64,000 bases of DNA from Peribolospora baueri (taxonomy: Eukaryota), in assembly GCA_029717555.1 (NCBI GenBank), contig JAMDHS010000009.1:62001-126000 (forward strand), written 5' to 3'. Below are positions 48,620 to 62,992 of the stretch, one piece after another. Numbering within the stretch: the stretch's first letter is position 1; each line of letters starts with the position of its first letter. The translations under genes and the position numbers were made by a program. The notes under the pieces were generated by a model. The model saw only the letters and a list, made by a program, of their open reading frames with translations. It was not told the DNA's origin and made no database searches.

Positions 48620-51128
48620 ATGCCTCGCGAGCTCATCACCCTTCAAGCGGGCCAATGCGGCAACCAGAGTGAGTGTCGAAAAGATTAATAGATAGAGCCA
48701 AGCTGGCAAGATGGAGGTGGTCGTCTGGTCTATCTTGTGCGTGCTTGCTCTCGCTCTTCTTGATTCTCACCGACTCTTTTCTGCCTATTCCCTCCTGTTT
48801 TCTACCTGCAAATCTGTAGTCGGCTCCGAATTCTGGCAACAGCTCTGCAATGAGCACGGCATCAGCGAGGAGGGTACGGTAGAGGAGTGGGCCCAAGACG
48901 TGGGAGACCGCAAGGACGTCTTTTTTTATCAGGCCGACGATGAGCACTACGTGCCGCGTGCTATCCTCGTCGATCTGGAGCCCAGGGTGAGCGGCCTCGT
49001 GCCATTCACAGTCAATGGCGGAGCAGAAGACTGGCGCTTTGTTACGCCAGCATTCCTTACCTTCCTTGAAACGCTTCTGGGGTGTTCTTAGGTCATTGGT
49101 AACATCATGAGTGGCAGGTACAAGAAACTTTACAATCCGGAGAATATCCTCAAGCTCGACCAAGGCGGCGGCGCCGGTAACATCTGGGCCTCCGGTCACA
49201 GCCATGCCAACTCCAAGTACGAGGAGCTGTTCGATATGATCGATCGGGAGGCGGATGGTAGCGACTCGCTGGAGGTGAGTCCCGAGCAAATCCACCAATT
49301 TTTGAGACATGGTTGGATCCGCCCGGTGGATCCTGCCGCACACTAGACAGCCGCTCATTGCTTGTTTCTTCGCCGCTAGGGCTTCATGCTCCTTCACTCC
49401 ATCGCTGGCGGCACGGGCTCTGGCCTGGGCTCATATTTGCTCGAACGACTGAACGACAGGTTCCCCAAGAAGCTTATCCAGACCTATTCGGTCTTCCCGA
49501 ACGACTCAGAAGTTTCCGATGTGGTCGTACAGCCGTACAACAGTCTGTTAACGCTCAAGCGGCTGGTCAACCACGCTGATTCGGTTGTCGTCCTCGATAA
49601 CGGCGCGCTATCCCGTATCGCCGCGGATCGACTGCATATTCAGGACCCTACGTACCAGCAGACAAACCAGCTCGTGCGTTGAGCCCTTGCCTGTCCAGTT
49701 CTTTCCATTCACGATGAGTTTGATTGACTTGGACGCCCCTTCCGACGGTATACGATACAGGTCTCGACAGTTATGTCGGCTAGCACGACGACGCTGAGGT
49801 ACCCCGGCTACATGAACAACGACCTCGTCGGCATGATCGCCTCTCTGATCCCCACTCCACGAGCTCACTTCCTCATGACTGCGTACACGCCATTCACCAC
49901 GGCGGAGCCAAACAAGGTGAGCGATTTTTCGGTGCATGGAAAGAGGGATGCTATCATCGGCAAAGCCTACGTCGAACCTTTCGAGTGCCTGTTTTGACTT
50001 GCCCACCACTCTTACTTTCTCGTGCAGGCTAAAACGATCCGCAAGACCACTGTGCTCGACGTCATGCGGCGACTGCTACAACCGAAGAACCGCATGGTCT
50101 CTACGCTTCCGAGCAAGACCAGCTGCTACATCTCCATTCTCAACATTATTCAGGGTGATGTAGACCCTACGGACGTAAGCATGCCTTTACAAGCTCGATT
50201 TCGCTCTCGGCCGCTCAGCTGGCATCCACATGTCCCGCCGATTATCGGATCTTATCCTCGGGTTCACATTCCCCGCGTTCACCTCACCCTCCGCAATCCC
50301 ACTAATCATCACTCTCCTTCCTTCCATAGGTGCACAAATCCCTCCTCCGGATCCGAGAACGTCACCTAGCCTCCTTCATCCCCTGGGGCCCCGCCTCGAT
50401 CCAAGTGGCGCTCACTAAGAAGTCGCCATACGTTCAAACGAGCCATCGAGTTAGCGGATTGATGCTCGCCAATCACACTAGTATTGCTTCAGTGAGTTTT
50501 GGAAGGTTTGAGGGCTTGGGCAGGATAGAGCGAGGCCGCTGGAATGGCGAAATCGAATGGTGAGAAGAGCCAATTCATTTATATGTTTTCTGACTTTTGG
50601 CGTTGTCGGCCATTCTCCGCCTCTTCCCTCCCTCCCATCCCGCATCGCCAGCTCTTCAAACGCATTCTTGACTCGTATGATCGTCTCTTCAATAGGAGAG
50701 CCTTCTTGGACCAGTACAAGAAGCACGACATGTTCTCCGGTGACTTGTCCGAGTTCGAGGATTCGCGGTGGGTTTCATTCAGTTGACGCCCCTTTTTCCC
50801 TCTATGCTGAGTCTCTTCCTCTCTTCTCTCTCCTCTTCTCTCTTTCTCCCCTCCTCTCCCTACCCGTTCCCATCACCCGACCTTTTGTCCTACGTGTCCA
50901 CAGTGCGGTGGTCCAAGAACTCATTGATGTGAGTGACCGTTGTGCCTTCGTCCGGCGGTCGCTTGGATTATATCTACCAACGATGCGCTCTGACTGACGC
51001 TTCTCCTACCCCATCTTCCATTCGTCCCTCCATTTGCCTCCCTTCCATCATCAATTTCGCGTCTCCTTCAGGAGTACAAGGCGGCCGAGAGCCCAGATTA
51101 CATCTCTTGGGGCGGAGGCGGCGCCTGA
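48620..51128 (+). CDS. TUB4: Gamma-tubulin, multi-exon
   Basis: [61 protein letters not shown]-like [33 protein letters not shown]. Confidence 0.98.
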
Positions 51129-51919
51129 TCGTGCAGCGTGTCTGTCTAGGCTAGGGCACTCGAGACGTCCGCCGCCTCGGAGCAATTGCCTTCGTTCTCG
51201 TTTCGTCCAGACTCCCCCCTTCTTTCATCGTTCGCCCGGCGCGTGCTCCCTTCTCCACGCTCGCTCGCCGCTATCTGTACTTTTACATACCTCGGCAATT
51301 CGCCGTTTCCACACCAGCTCGGCGTCGTCCCTCCGTCCCATCCCAACTTTACAGTTCTCCTTCCCTGGCCGCCGTCTAAAAAGGGCCGCGAGGGTCGGAG
51401 CTGGCCGAAACGCATCCATTCCGGGTTAGGGCACATATTCACCTGCCTAGCTAGACATGGAAGGAAAGGGGGTGTTTGGCCTTAAGGGAAGAGCCGCCCA
51501 TCCCTCCCGCTCCGTCCGAGGTTGGTCCGACCTGCGGCGGCAGACCCTTGCTTGCTTCGCCTTGCTTCGCCTTGCTCTGCTCGCTTTCCAGTCGTTCGTT
51601 CGATCGCTCAAGCAGGACGAGGGAGATGATTGATGTTACACGGCGCGAGGCTACGAGGCTATCGAGCCTCAGACCAGAGGCCAGAGGCCAAAGTAAAGAC
51701 TGGATCAGAAGAAAGAAGTACCGTAGTAGAGTCGAACGGGCGGGGCATGTCGATAGAGGGAAGGAAACCGGGCCTCGTCGAGGAGACAGAGATCGGCGAA
51801 GCATGGAGGGAAGGTGGACGGAAGATAGATAAGACGCTGCCGACTTCCCTTCGCTTGTACATACAGAAATGGAGCCGAATGAGTGAAGTGGGCGCAGGAG
51901 ACTAGCCTCGTCCGGCACC

Positions 51920-54192
<2,273 letters not shown>

Positions 54193-56315
54193 GGCGGGCT
54201 TGTGCACTGTTGGGGAAGTTGTCGAGATGGGAGTGATGGGATCCGTCCTCGTCCCGCCAACGTCGTCTTCTTCGCCCACTCTTCGCGCACTCGAAAAACC
54301 GCTGCCGCAGCAGGCTCTTCAATTCCGGCACGTTCACCCGGTTTCCGTCCTTTCCCGGCTCGCTCACCCAGTTCTCGTCGCTCGCCTACCCAGAACTGTT
54401 ACTCCATCGTCCCGACGTGGCCGCAGCGCCGCCTTCTTTGTCAATTCTACCTGCTTCTCCCTGTTTGGGCGTTGTTTGTCCATCAGCCCGATACGGTTTC
54501 CTCTCCTTCCCCCTCTCGACCACGCCCGCCCTCTCCAATGGCGAACGAGGACGTTGTCGGAGAGAGAGGAATCCAACGCTGTCCCTTCGGAAAGGCCGGC
54601 CAAGGTGGACGAGGAGGGACAGAGAGGGAGCGGCTGACTTTCCCTTCTCCTCTCGCCGTTGGCTGACTTGACCCCATCTGCACCGCCCTCCGTGCGGGTT
54701 GTGCCGTCTGCAAAGGCAAACCGGCTCCGTTCCCACGTCTTCCCCCTATTTTCGCAGTAGCGAGACCTGGGACAAACGGATGGACGCGCGATAGCGACGG
54801 TTCGTCCGTCAACAGCGAGGTCCTGTTACCGGCGAATGTCAACTACGCTGCTCGAATTAACTCGGTCACTCCCGCGCCGTGTAATGCCCTGCGGCCTCGT
54901 CTGACGACTTGTGCTTCTCTCCATTTTCAGCCCTTTGTCGTCCCTTCCCGTGGTGCCGGTCTCCTAGCCGGGCGACAACCACAAGTTCTCATATTCGCGT
55001 TTGTCATATCATATGACCTCGTCTCCACACAGCTTTATGGCGGGGGAATAAACTAGGCACGCCGGTCATCGGCAGCGATGGACATACATCGTCGCTGCTC
55101 AGTGCTGCCCTAAGCGTCTCTCGGTGCCGATGATGGTAACTCCTCCGGTCCGACCATTTGCCTCGCCTCGCCCACCGCCGCGACTGCCCATGGTCGTCTT
55201 TGCCGACTTGCTGACGATTGGAGAGACCGCCTTACAGCATTTTCATACGTACACCGCGGTGCTTGGGACCATGTCTCCCAGGTCCATTCGACGATGGTGC
55301 AAATAACTCGGGACAGGAGAAGCGATGTGCGCGTCGACGGTTGACCTCGCGAGCGACGTCGCTTTCGCGGCCGTCCGGCCGTTCGTCACCTCGTCTTTGG
55401 TCGGCCCGCTTGAAAACCGTGGTCGTCCCAGCTCCGCTCGGTATCGCCTCTTCTCGTCTCGTCTCACCCCTCTCAGCTCCCGCCATTAGGGACGGCGGGC
55501 AAATCGTCAACTCTCACGACCACGTGAGCTGATGAGCCGTGTGTTTGACACCTCTTCGCCCATGCTCATCATGCGCATCGCCCGTGCCCAGCTCCGCCTG
55601 GTGCTTATCCGCCCATCCCGTCATTTGAGCGGTGGCCGGCCGAAGGGGCACGCGATAGCGGGAAGCTACAGCCTGACGGCGAGCTGCCTATCGGCGGCAT
55701 CCAGTCGACGAACTCACCCCGGTCCTATTTTCTCTCCGCGCGCCCCATCCCTCCCACCCCTACCAAGGTTAGCCTAGATCGAAGACCGTCGACGAGCTCG
55801 AGTTTGACTGCCACGCTGCTTGACAAACAGCCTCTCCTCACCATTAATCCATCCTCGTCATCGCCATCCACTCTCATGCGCGCTCAACGAGCCCTACTCA
55901 TGCCGTCACTTCCCACTTCCTAGCTTCATGCTCGCCAGTCACTAACACGATGCCGGCTAAGGCGATATCTACGACGCCGTCGCGAACGGCCCGTCGCTGC
56001 CATACACGACCTCCCCACCCTGACGACCCGCTCGGAAACTTTGTCATCCGACCGCTTTTCCCACGTCTCTCCTTCTCGAACTCGCACCCGCCTTCTCTTG
56101 CCCCGCTCCACCGCTGTTTGACACGGCGGTCCCAAGGACATACGGCCGGCCTCACGTCTTTCGCTCTACGGCCCTCTGTTCCCCAGTCCCATATATATAC
56201 TGAGATTGCTTCACATCGCCATCACTCCTTCTCATTTACCTCTGCGCCTCCTCTCCCTCCCCTCCGCCACCGCCTGGTCCCGTCGTCGTGTGGACCTTCC
56301 TCATCCTCCGTTCCC

Positions 56316-58333
56316 ATGGCATCCATCCAGTCAAATTCAATAGCGACCACCGTCCATCCCAAGGTACGTCGCTTATTCGTCGGTAGTTCTCCTCTCGTCA
56401 CTCGTCAACGCCCTGACTTATCGTATCGACCATCCGATCGGCCCGACGTCAGCTCAACACGATGATGCCATCAGGTGCAGGCTGGCCGAACGCCGACGCC
56501 GTCAATGACGAGGACGGCGGCCATCAAGCGCAACCCTTCAACGTTCCGGTCGCCAATGAGCAGCATAACAGCGGCGGTTACGTACAACGGGATGATCAGG
56601 TAGGTTCGATTTCCTCTCGGCTGTCGTGGCCTCAAGAGCGACGTTCCGATGAAGGGGGATTTATGGGGGCGATGCGGTGCAGTCTCAGTCGTCTTCCACC
56701 TCCGCTCCTTTCGAGAGGTTTTGCTCGTCTGCGCACTTCGTTCGGAGAGTCGCATTCAAGCGAAGCGGGGGTGGGGGCGGGCGTTCCACCCGGTATCACC
56801 TGGCGGCCGTGCCTTCCAATCCGGACGCTTGGCGGTCTGTAGGGCTGCAAAATCATCCGCTTGGTTTTGTCCCCCCCCTCCTTGGGCCTCTCCGACGAAA
56901 TTCGACTCGACCTTTTCATATTTATATTCATCATCAGTAGAAAGCCTTCCGTCGACCCAAGGACTTCGAGGTGGTGGGCTCCCCGGATCAGATCAATTCA
57001 ATCCCTTTATCGCGATGGACTGGCGCGAAGCAATCATAGGGAGACGGGGCGACAGGCAATTATCCGACCTCATCACCCCGTAGTGAGGTCAGGTAACGGC
57101 ATGGTAACGATTGTCGCCCTCCTGGATGAGGAAACGACCATTGGTTATGGAAGAGTTATCCGTGGGGAACAATCCAAGGTTCAGTATCGGCATCCCTGGT
57201 TTATTGCGACTCCCCTTCGGCTTCCTTTCTCTTCTTCCCTTCCGCTCGGGTGTGTGGCGCCTTTCACTGCGGTGGGCGCCGGCCGCGCTCGCCTCTGCGC
57301 TCGAAGACGACGGGGCCAGCTTGCGGGTCCGGCGAGGCTGCTTCTCTCTTCTGCTCTGCTTCGAACGTTCCGTTATAGAACTTGAGGGTGCCGCTTGGAC
57401 ACGAAGCTAACCTATCCTATTTTTTGGCCTTCCTCTCGACTCTTTTTCTCCTCCGCGCCCATTATGCCGGCTATGCCGCATCTCGACTTTCTTCTTTCCG
57501 TCATCTTTGGTGCAGGGTACCCAAACCACGGAAAAGAGGCGGACTATGCCTTCGGTAGAGAGCCAGCCCGACGACCACGATAACATGCAATTTAGTAGTA
57601 CGCCCGACCTTCCTGGCGACATTGACCTCGAGGCTACCCTCGTGGTGCCCAGGGACGGTAGGGCCGGTCCCTCGAAGCGCCAGATGGTGAGTGTCTTTCG
57701 CTGGCGGTGCGAAACGATATACCGGTACAGGCGCATTTGTCTGACTTTCTCTCTTTATCGTATATCTGCCGACAGCGTTCTCAGACGCGTTTCCAGCCGT
57801 ACGACAAGTCCAGCCGGTCCGACCGAGGAGCCTTGTCTGCACGCCCGCACCGCTCGATCTCTACTTCCGTTATTCCTAACCTTTTGGAAGGGTTTCCAAT
57901 TTTCGAGGACGACCTGTACGAGACCGTCTATCAACATGTGCAAACCTATCTCGAATACCTGCCTCGGCACGGCGGCCCAGGCCGCCACTCCATCGACAAG
58001 GCCTTGTCGCTCTTCTGGTATGACGTCACCTACGGCGGCTGTTTCCGGCGGCAAGAGAAGATGACCTTCCTAGTGAGCGGTATTGTTCGATGGCCGACAT
58101 CGTCCTAGCTTCTCTGAGTTCACTTCACTCAATCTCGGCCCTTTCTCATCACTAATTTCTCTTTGTCTTTCGTCTCGCCCTCCAATCGCGCAATGTTATC
58201 CGCATCGCACTTGAAAGCTGGGACAAGTACTTCTTCGAGGACGGGAGCCGTTCCTGCTACATCTGCAAGGCCGACTTCGCGGGCTACCAGATCCTCACGG
58301 CTTACCTTACGAGTCCGACCCGCGAAGCCCATG
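56316..58333 (+). CDS. Hypothetical multi-exon orphan gene, possibly degenerate
   Basis: TATATATA near 56192 and ATG at 56316. Several consensus donor/acceptor pairs with coding-like exons (MASIQSNSIATTVHPK|LNTMMPSG..; RSQTRFQPY..FPIFEDDLYETVYQHVQTYLEYL). The middle and last exon phases are unresolved and no family is recognised. Confidence 0.35.
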
Positions 58334-58892
58334 AGACGACAGCTCAAGCTAATGCTGCAGGGGCAGGTGTCACCGCCACTGGACTGGCGCGAGCCAAACG
58401 TACGTGGGGTGAGCAATGTCACATCATGTGATCTCCCTCAAAACGTCGCTTGGTCGATATAACCGACAAAAAAAGAACGCAAGACATCACAAAAGAGGGC
58501 GAAATATGCAATATGGCTTGCCTGCGGTTTTTTCCTTCTCGACGCTCGTCTTGTAGGTGGGCTCGAACGTGTTCGCTTCGTTCTATGCTGTATGGGTCCT
58601 TGTCGTACTAGCAGGGTCGGCCTTTCGTTTTCCTGGTACGTCCGCTCCGCCGCGTTGCTTCTTCGATCCGCTCAACCCCTCCCCCCCCCCCCCCCGCTTT
58701 GGCGCCGGCCTTCGTTCACAGAGCCTAGCCTATGCCCTATGAGATATTCTTGCTTACGTTTCAAATGAAAGTCATTGTTTTAGCGACTGGAGACTGTCCA
58801 CTGAGGGCGGATGTCGTACAGCTAAACATACCCCAGGGTTGCGGGAGTTGATAGATTTCACATCGAGGAGAGGGAGCGCGAGAGCAGCAATG

Positions 58893-58910
58893 TATATATA
58901 TATATATATA
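58893..58910. repeat. (TA)9 microsatellite
   Basis: Direct read. Confidence 0.9.
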
Positions 58911-59453
58911 TGTAAGTTCAGGAGAGTGATGAACACCTGAAAAAGGAAGAGGAGGTAGTTGACGTCGTGAAGAGGCAACACGAGAGGTTGCCGCTTCCTT
59001 TCATCCCATTGGCGCCTTCGCAGGCGGTCAGGCGACTCGACTCGGCTTCGAGCACTTCGCCGTCGGCGCAGTGCTGAGGTTGAAGGACGAGAGCGGTACG
59101 TTGGCCAACGAGTCCATCCGGGCATGGCCGACCTCGAGTAATGCCTTTGGCATTCCTTTCCTCTCCTCCTTGGCCGATATTGACCCACGCCCATACTATC
59201 CGTCATCTCGTAGCCTCGAACAGGGTGGACTACGGCGATGGAGCTGACAGAAGAAACGTACTCTTGGACTCCCAAGGCCAAGAACGCTAACCTTCATAGC
59301 GCGTACGGAGGTGTCCCTTCCGCCATCAAAGCAGCAAGGTGTACAGACGAGTCTCGTTAGACATATTCCAGACGCCCTTTGTTCGCCCTTCACTTCGCTG
59401 TCCTTTGTCCGGACGCATCTCCTCAAACTATCGACCCCGCTCTCCGCCCTTAT

Positions 59454-60118
59454 TCAATTCTCGTTTGGCCGGGCTTCCGTCCCCGCGTCACCGGCTTGCT
59501 CTTTCTCCCTAGCCGATTCCATAGACTTCGCCGCTCGTTCCCATGCTCCTAGGTCCAGCTCTGGGACGGGCTTGTAAAGCAGGGCGCGCAGGACGATCGA
59601 TGGATCCGATGGGGGGAGAGGCGGCCGCACGCACGGGCGGTGGCGGAGAGGCGGGGGGGCCTGGAAGGGAGAGATGGGCAGTTAGATACAAATCAACGCG
59701 AGAACGATAATGCCATGCACGGCTTTTACGAAGCACTCACACTCTCGCCCCACTCCTCTACATCCCCGAGTACCATGACCTTTTCTTTCAATGCTGGGGG
59801 GAGGTTGTCCTCGACGAGACAAAGGGACAGGTCAACGAGCAGGCCCGAAGAGTAGGGTGCGCCGGACGTGAGTTGAAAGAGAGCGGTGCGGGCGTCATGA
59901 GCGATAATGCTACAGGAGATGCGGAATAAACGTACGATTACGATGAGATGTGACGTGATGGTAACGCGAGGGGATTGGGGGGGGGGGGCACTTGAAGCGG
60001 CTAGGTGTATCGCCGCGACGACTCACATGCCGACGACCCTGATCTTCTTACCAAGATGCTCGGCCTTGTTCACCTCGTCCAATGCTATGGGCACCGCATG
60101 GTCGGGCAGAGCTGACAT
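59454..60118 (-). CDS. TEN1: TEN1-like OB-fold telomere-capping CST subunit, 3 exons (60027-60118, 59741-59909, 59454-59660), 155 aa
   Basis: Two GTGAGT..YAG introns with compatible phases give MSALPDHAVPIALDEVNKAEHLGKKIRVVGIIIAHDARTALFQL..LLVDLSLC..KEKVMVLGDVE..IVLRALLYKPVPELDLGAWERAAK. This parallels human TEN1 (GSTLRTFGRL..YD; VLVCTKL; YIVLGEL; VVKARVL..MNLPLLEQAI). Confidence 0.75.
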
Positions 60119-60573
60119 GGAAGCGTGCGAGGTAGTGGTGAAGCAGAAGCGACGTGGAAGGTGGGACGATAGCGAGGAGATGGACGAGGTGGTCCGTGCG
60201 CGATCTCGCGGAGCGATCGATCGACCTCTTTGTCCACTTTGTCCACAGACTGACTTCAGCGGTGGTTGCGCTACGGCGTTTCCTTTGTCCTGTGATGTGA
60301 GCGACGACGGCGACGTCCTCTCCCATTACCATCACCCCGGCTCACTTAGCTCTTGGCTTCCTTGTGCAAGGATGTTAGCCTTGGTTGTGACTGCTAACGA
60401 GTGAGTATCGAGGTCACTCGTCCTTTCTCCATCTTCGCTCCATTGTGTATTTCAGAGGCTTCCTGTCTTCGTCCGATGATACGCCTCCAACAGCCTTCCA
60501 TAACCGCAAGACATGCGAGCATAAAATGCTTGGCCGTCAAGCGCTTTCCTATTATTGTGTGCACGAAGCAAAA

Positions 60574-62276
60574 ATGCCTTCCATCAACGCAGAGCTACTC
60601 CAAGCGCTCAAGAACAAGTGCTCCCACCTCGGTGATTCCTTCGTCGCCGAGTCCCGCCACCGCATCGTCGCTCAGCCGTCCGGAAGGGCCCTGAACGCCA
60701 AATGTACAAGGCACGTCGCTCAGGTTTTAGGAGAAGCAGCTAGTCTGACTGCGTGAGCGTTCTTTCTCTGCCCTTTGTGGATACTTCGTTGAGGGGAGCC
60801 ACGTAGAGCCTTGTATGATCAACTGCCTACTCCCCTGACCCATTCCTTGTCGCTTTCACACACTTGCCATGCTACATGGCACCCTACGCATCTCCGATTC
60901 GCAGCATTCACAAAGCCTGTCCTGGCCTCGCTCCGGCAGTGCATGCCTTCGGGACGACCTCGGACGGTCGCCGGGCGTACCTGGTGACGGACCAGAGGGA
61001 CACCGGTGGTCGGTTCTCCCCCCCACCCCTATTGGGCCAGCGTCTCGCTCAGATGCACTCTGCGCCGGGACCTCAGGAAGGCGAGGGCGTGGGAAAATTT
61101 GGTTTCGACAGGCCGACACATTGCTACGGCACCGTAAGTCTACACAGTCGTCGTCGAGCCTCGACCCTCCGTGCTCGCAGCTTGTTGACATTGTCCCCAC
61201 TTTACCGCGATGTTGGGTGGCGGGGACCTTACAGGAACAAGACAACACTTGGACATCTTCCTGGAAGGAGTTCTGGTCCAAACGCAGAATAGAGGACATG
61301 ATCGTGAGGATCGACAAGGAAAGCGACGACGGGGACCCCGAGCTGGTCACTTTGGGGGAGAAGATGAAGGAGAAGTGAGTGGTGGGGGAACAGCGCAAGT
61401 ACGGTGTGGACCGTGATCCAGTCGCACATCGCCCTCTGACCGCCCTCTCCGCCTCCTCGTATATGTAACAGAGGAGTGTACGATCTTCTCTTCGATCCTC
61501 TCGAAGGAAAGATCAAGTCGTCTATCCTCCACGGCGACCTGTGGAACGGTAACTTTAGCAGCGATAGAACGACGAGCGACCCGGTCTTATTTAACCCTGC
61601 CAGCTATTTCGGGCACAACGAGGTGGACCTTAGCGTAAGTCCCGTCTTCTTGGTCCCCTCTCCTCCTTCGAGTTCTCACCCCGCTCATTTCACTTGACTC
61701 GCCCGTTCGCCTGCCAAATCTGTGCTTTCTTTTCTCCTCCCATCCTTTTGTTTGTTCCCGCCCATGTCTCCGTCTGGACTTGTCTACGCAAAAGAACATG
61801 GTCATGTACGGAGGCTTCACCGAGGAGTTTTACGACGACTACCATTCCGTCATCCCCCGCTTCGAGCCTTATTATGACGCGCGCCAAGTATGCTATAGTG
61901 AGTCTTGGTCGCAATTTCAGGTATGATTACGCACGCCGAGGGAAATTCTTGGCCAAGGTAGTCAGGCAGGCGAGCAATCTGGCGCGCACCGATGTCTGAC
62001 GCATTGTGCGTCGTTCGCCTCCCGCCGCCCGAGCAGGACTGCATCACGAGCTCAACCTCGAATACATCTACCCCGTGAGTTTCACGTCTAACCCGTTCTC
62101 CAGCTTCTGACGCTGGAGTCGATTGAACCCGCCATCGTTTTCCTTCCTTCCCTCGCCCATCTTCCTGGACATGAAAGGATGCCTACCGCGTACACGTAGT
62201 GGACAGCATGCGGTGGCTCATCGAATTTGCAGACCAAGAAGCTGCCGCGGGCAGGCACTGCATCGCGAGCGTGTAA
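60574..62276 (+). CDS. Fructosamine/ketosamine-3-kinase-like protein with divergent active-site residues, 7 exons
   Basis: GEAASLTAIH..LAPAVH, LGQRLAQMH, KFGFDRPTHC, QDNTWTSSWKEFW, LHGDLWNGN, LFNPASYFGHNEVDL, MYGGFTEEFYDDYH. Confidence 0.88.
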
Positions 62277-62992
62277 ATAGTACAGAGAGGACCGCTCTCA
62301 GCGTCGGCCTCGGTTCGGTTGGTTCAGATTGAACTCTGTGTGTGTGTGCGTGTTTTAGTGAGGATCAACAACTGTCTGGCCTGCGTCAACGTCGGCCGAC
62401 ACATGTCAGCCCGTCATGGAACTTGCGTGACTGTAGAGCAAAGCGCTTCCGCGCCATGTGCCTGATTGTCAACTGATGGTGAAAAGACCAGCCTAAGGAA
62501 AGGCTGAGCGTGGCTCAACAGATGTTGTTGTGATATGACTGGACAACAGAGGGGAGGAAAAGGCTAGAGCGGTGGCACCGGCGGGCGTGTTCGTGGGACT
62601 CAGTGGCAGGGATGAAACGAGAAGCTCGACCGACCAAGCGCGTCCCCGGGCCTCCTCGCCTCTGTCTCTTGGGCAGCCACACAATAACGCTAACGGACGA
62701 TGGAAGAAGGAAAGGAAGATCATATTTCCAAACTCATGATGACCAAACGGGGATGGAATAGGCAGGTACATAGAGGCGGGCGCCGCTCCACTACTACCGC
62801 CGCCGCCATCATCGTCGTAGAGGACCTTCGTACCTCTTTAAAAACCTCCGCCTCTCCCGCCTCCTCCCCTCGCCCTCGCTCACATACATACATGCACGCA
62901 TCGAGAGACACGAGGAAGGGAGATATGGAGAGAAAAAAAGGGATCTCGTCACGAGATCCCTACAGGTTCATATTTTATGCAGCCCCAGCCAA

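Noticed and set aside
54538..54930. Possible spliced plus-strand transcript (ATG 54538, CTGAC branch-like sites, acceptor at 54930)
   Set aside because: No consistent donor sites or open spliced frame could be built.
62259..62276. C-terminal CIASV of the FN3K-like protein as a CaaX prenylation motif
   Set aside because: The Cys is fifth from the end, not fourth, and the last exon is inferred.
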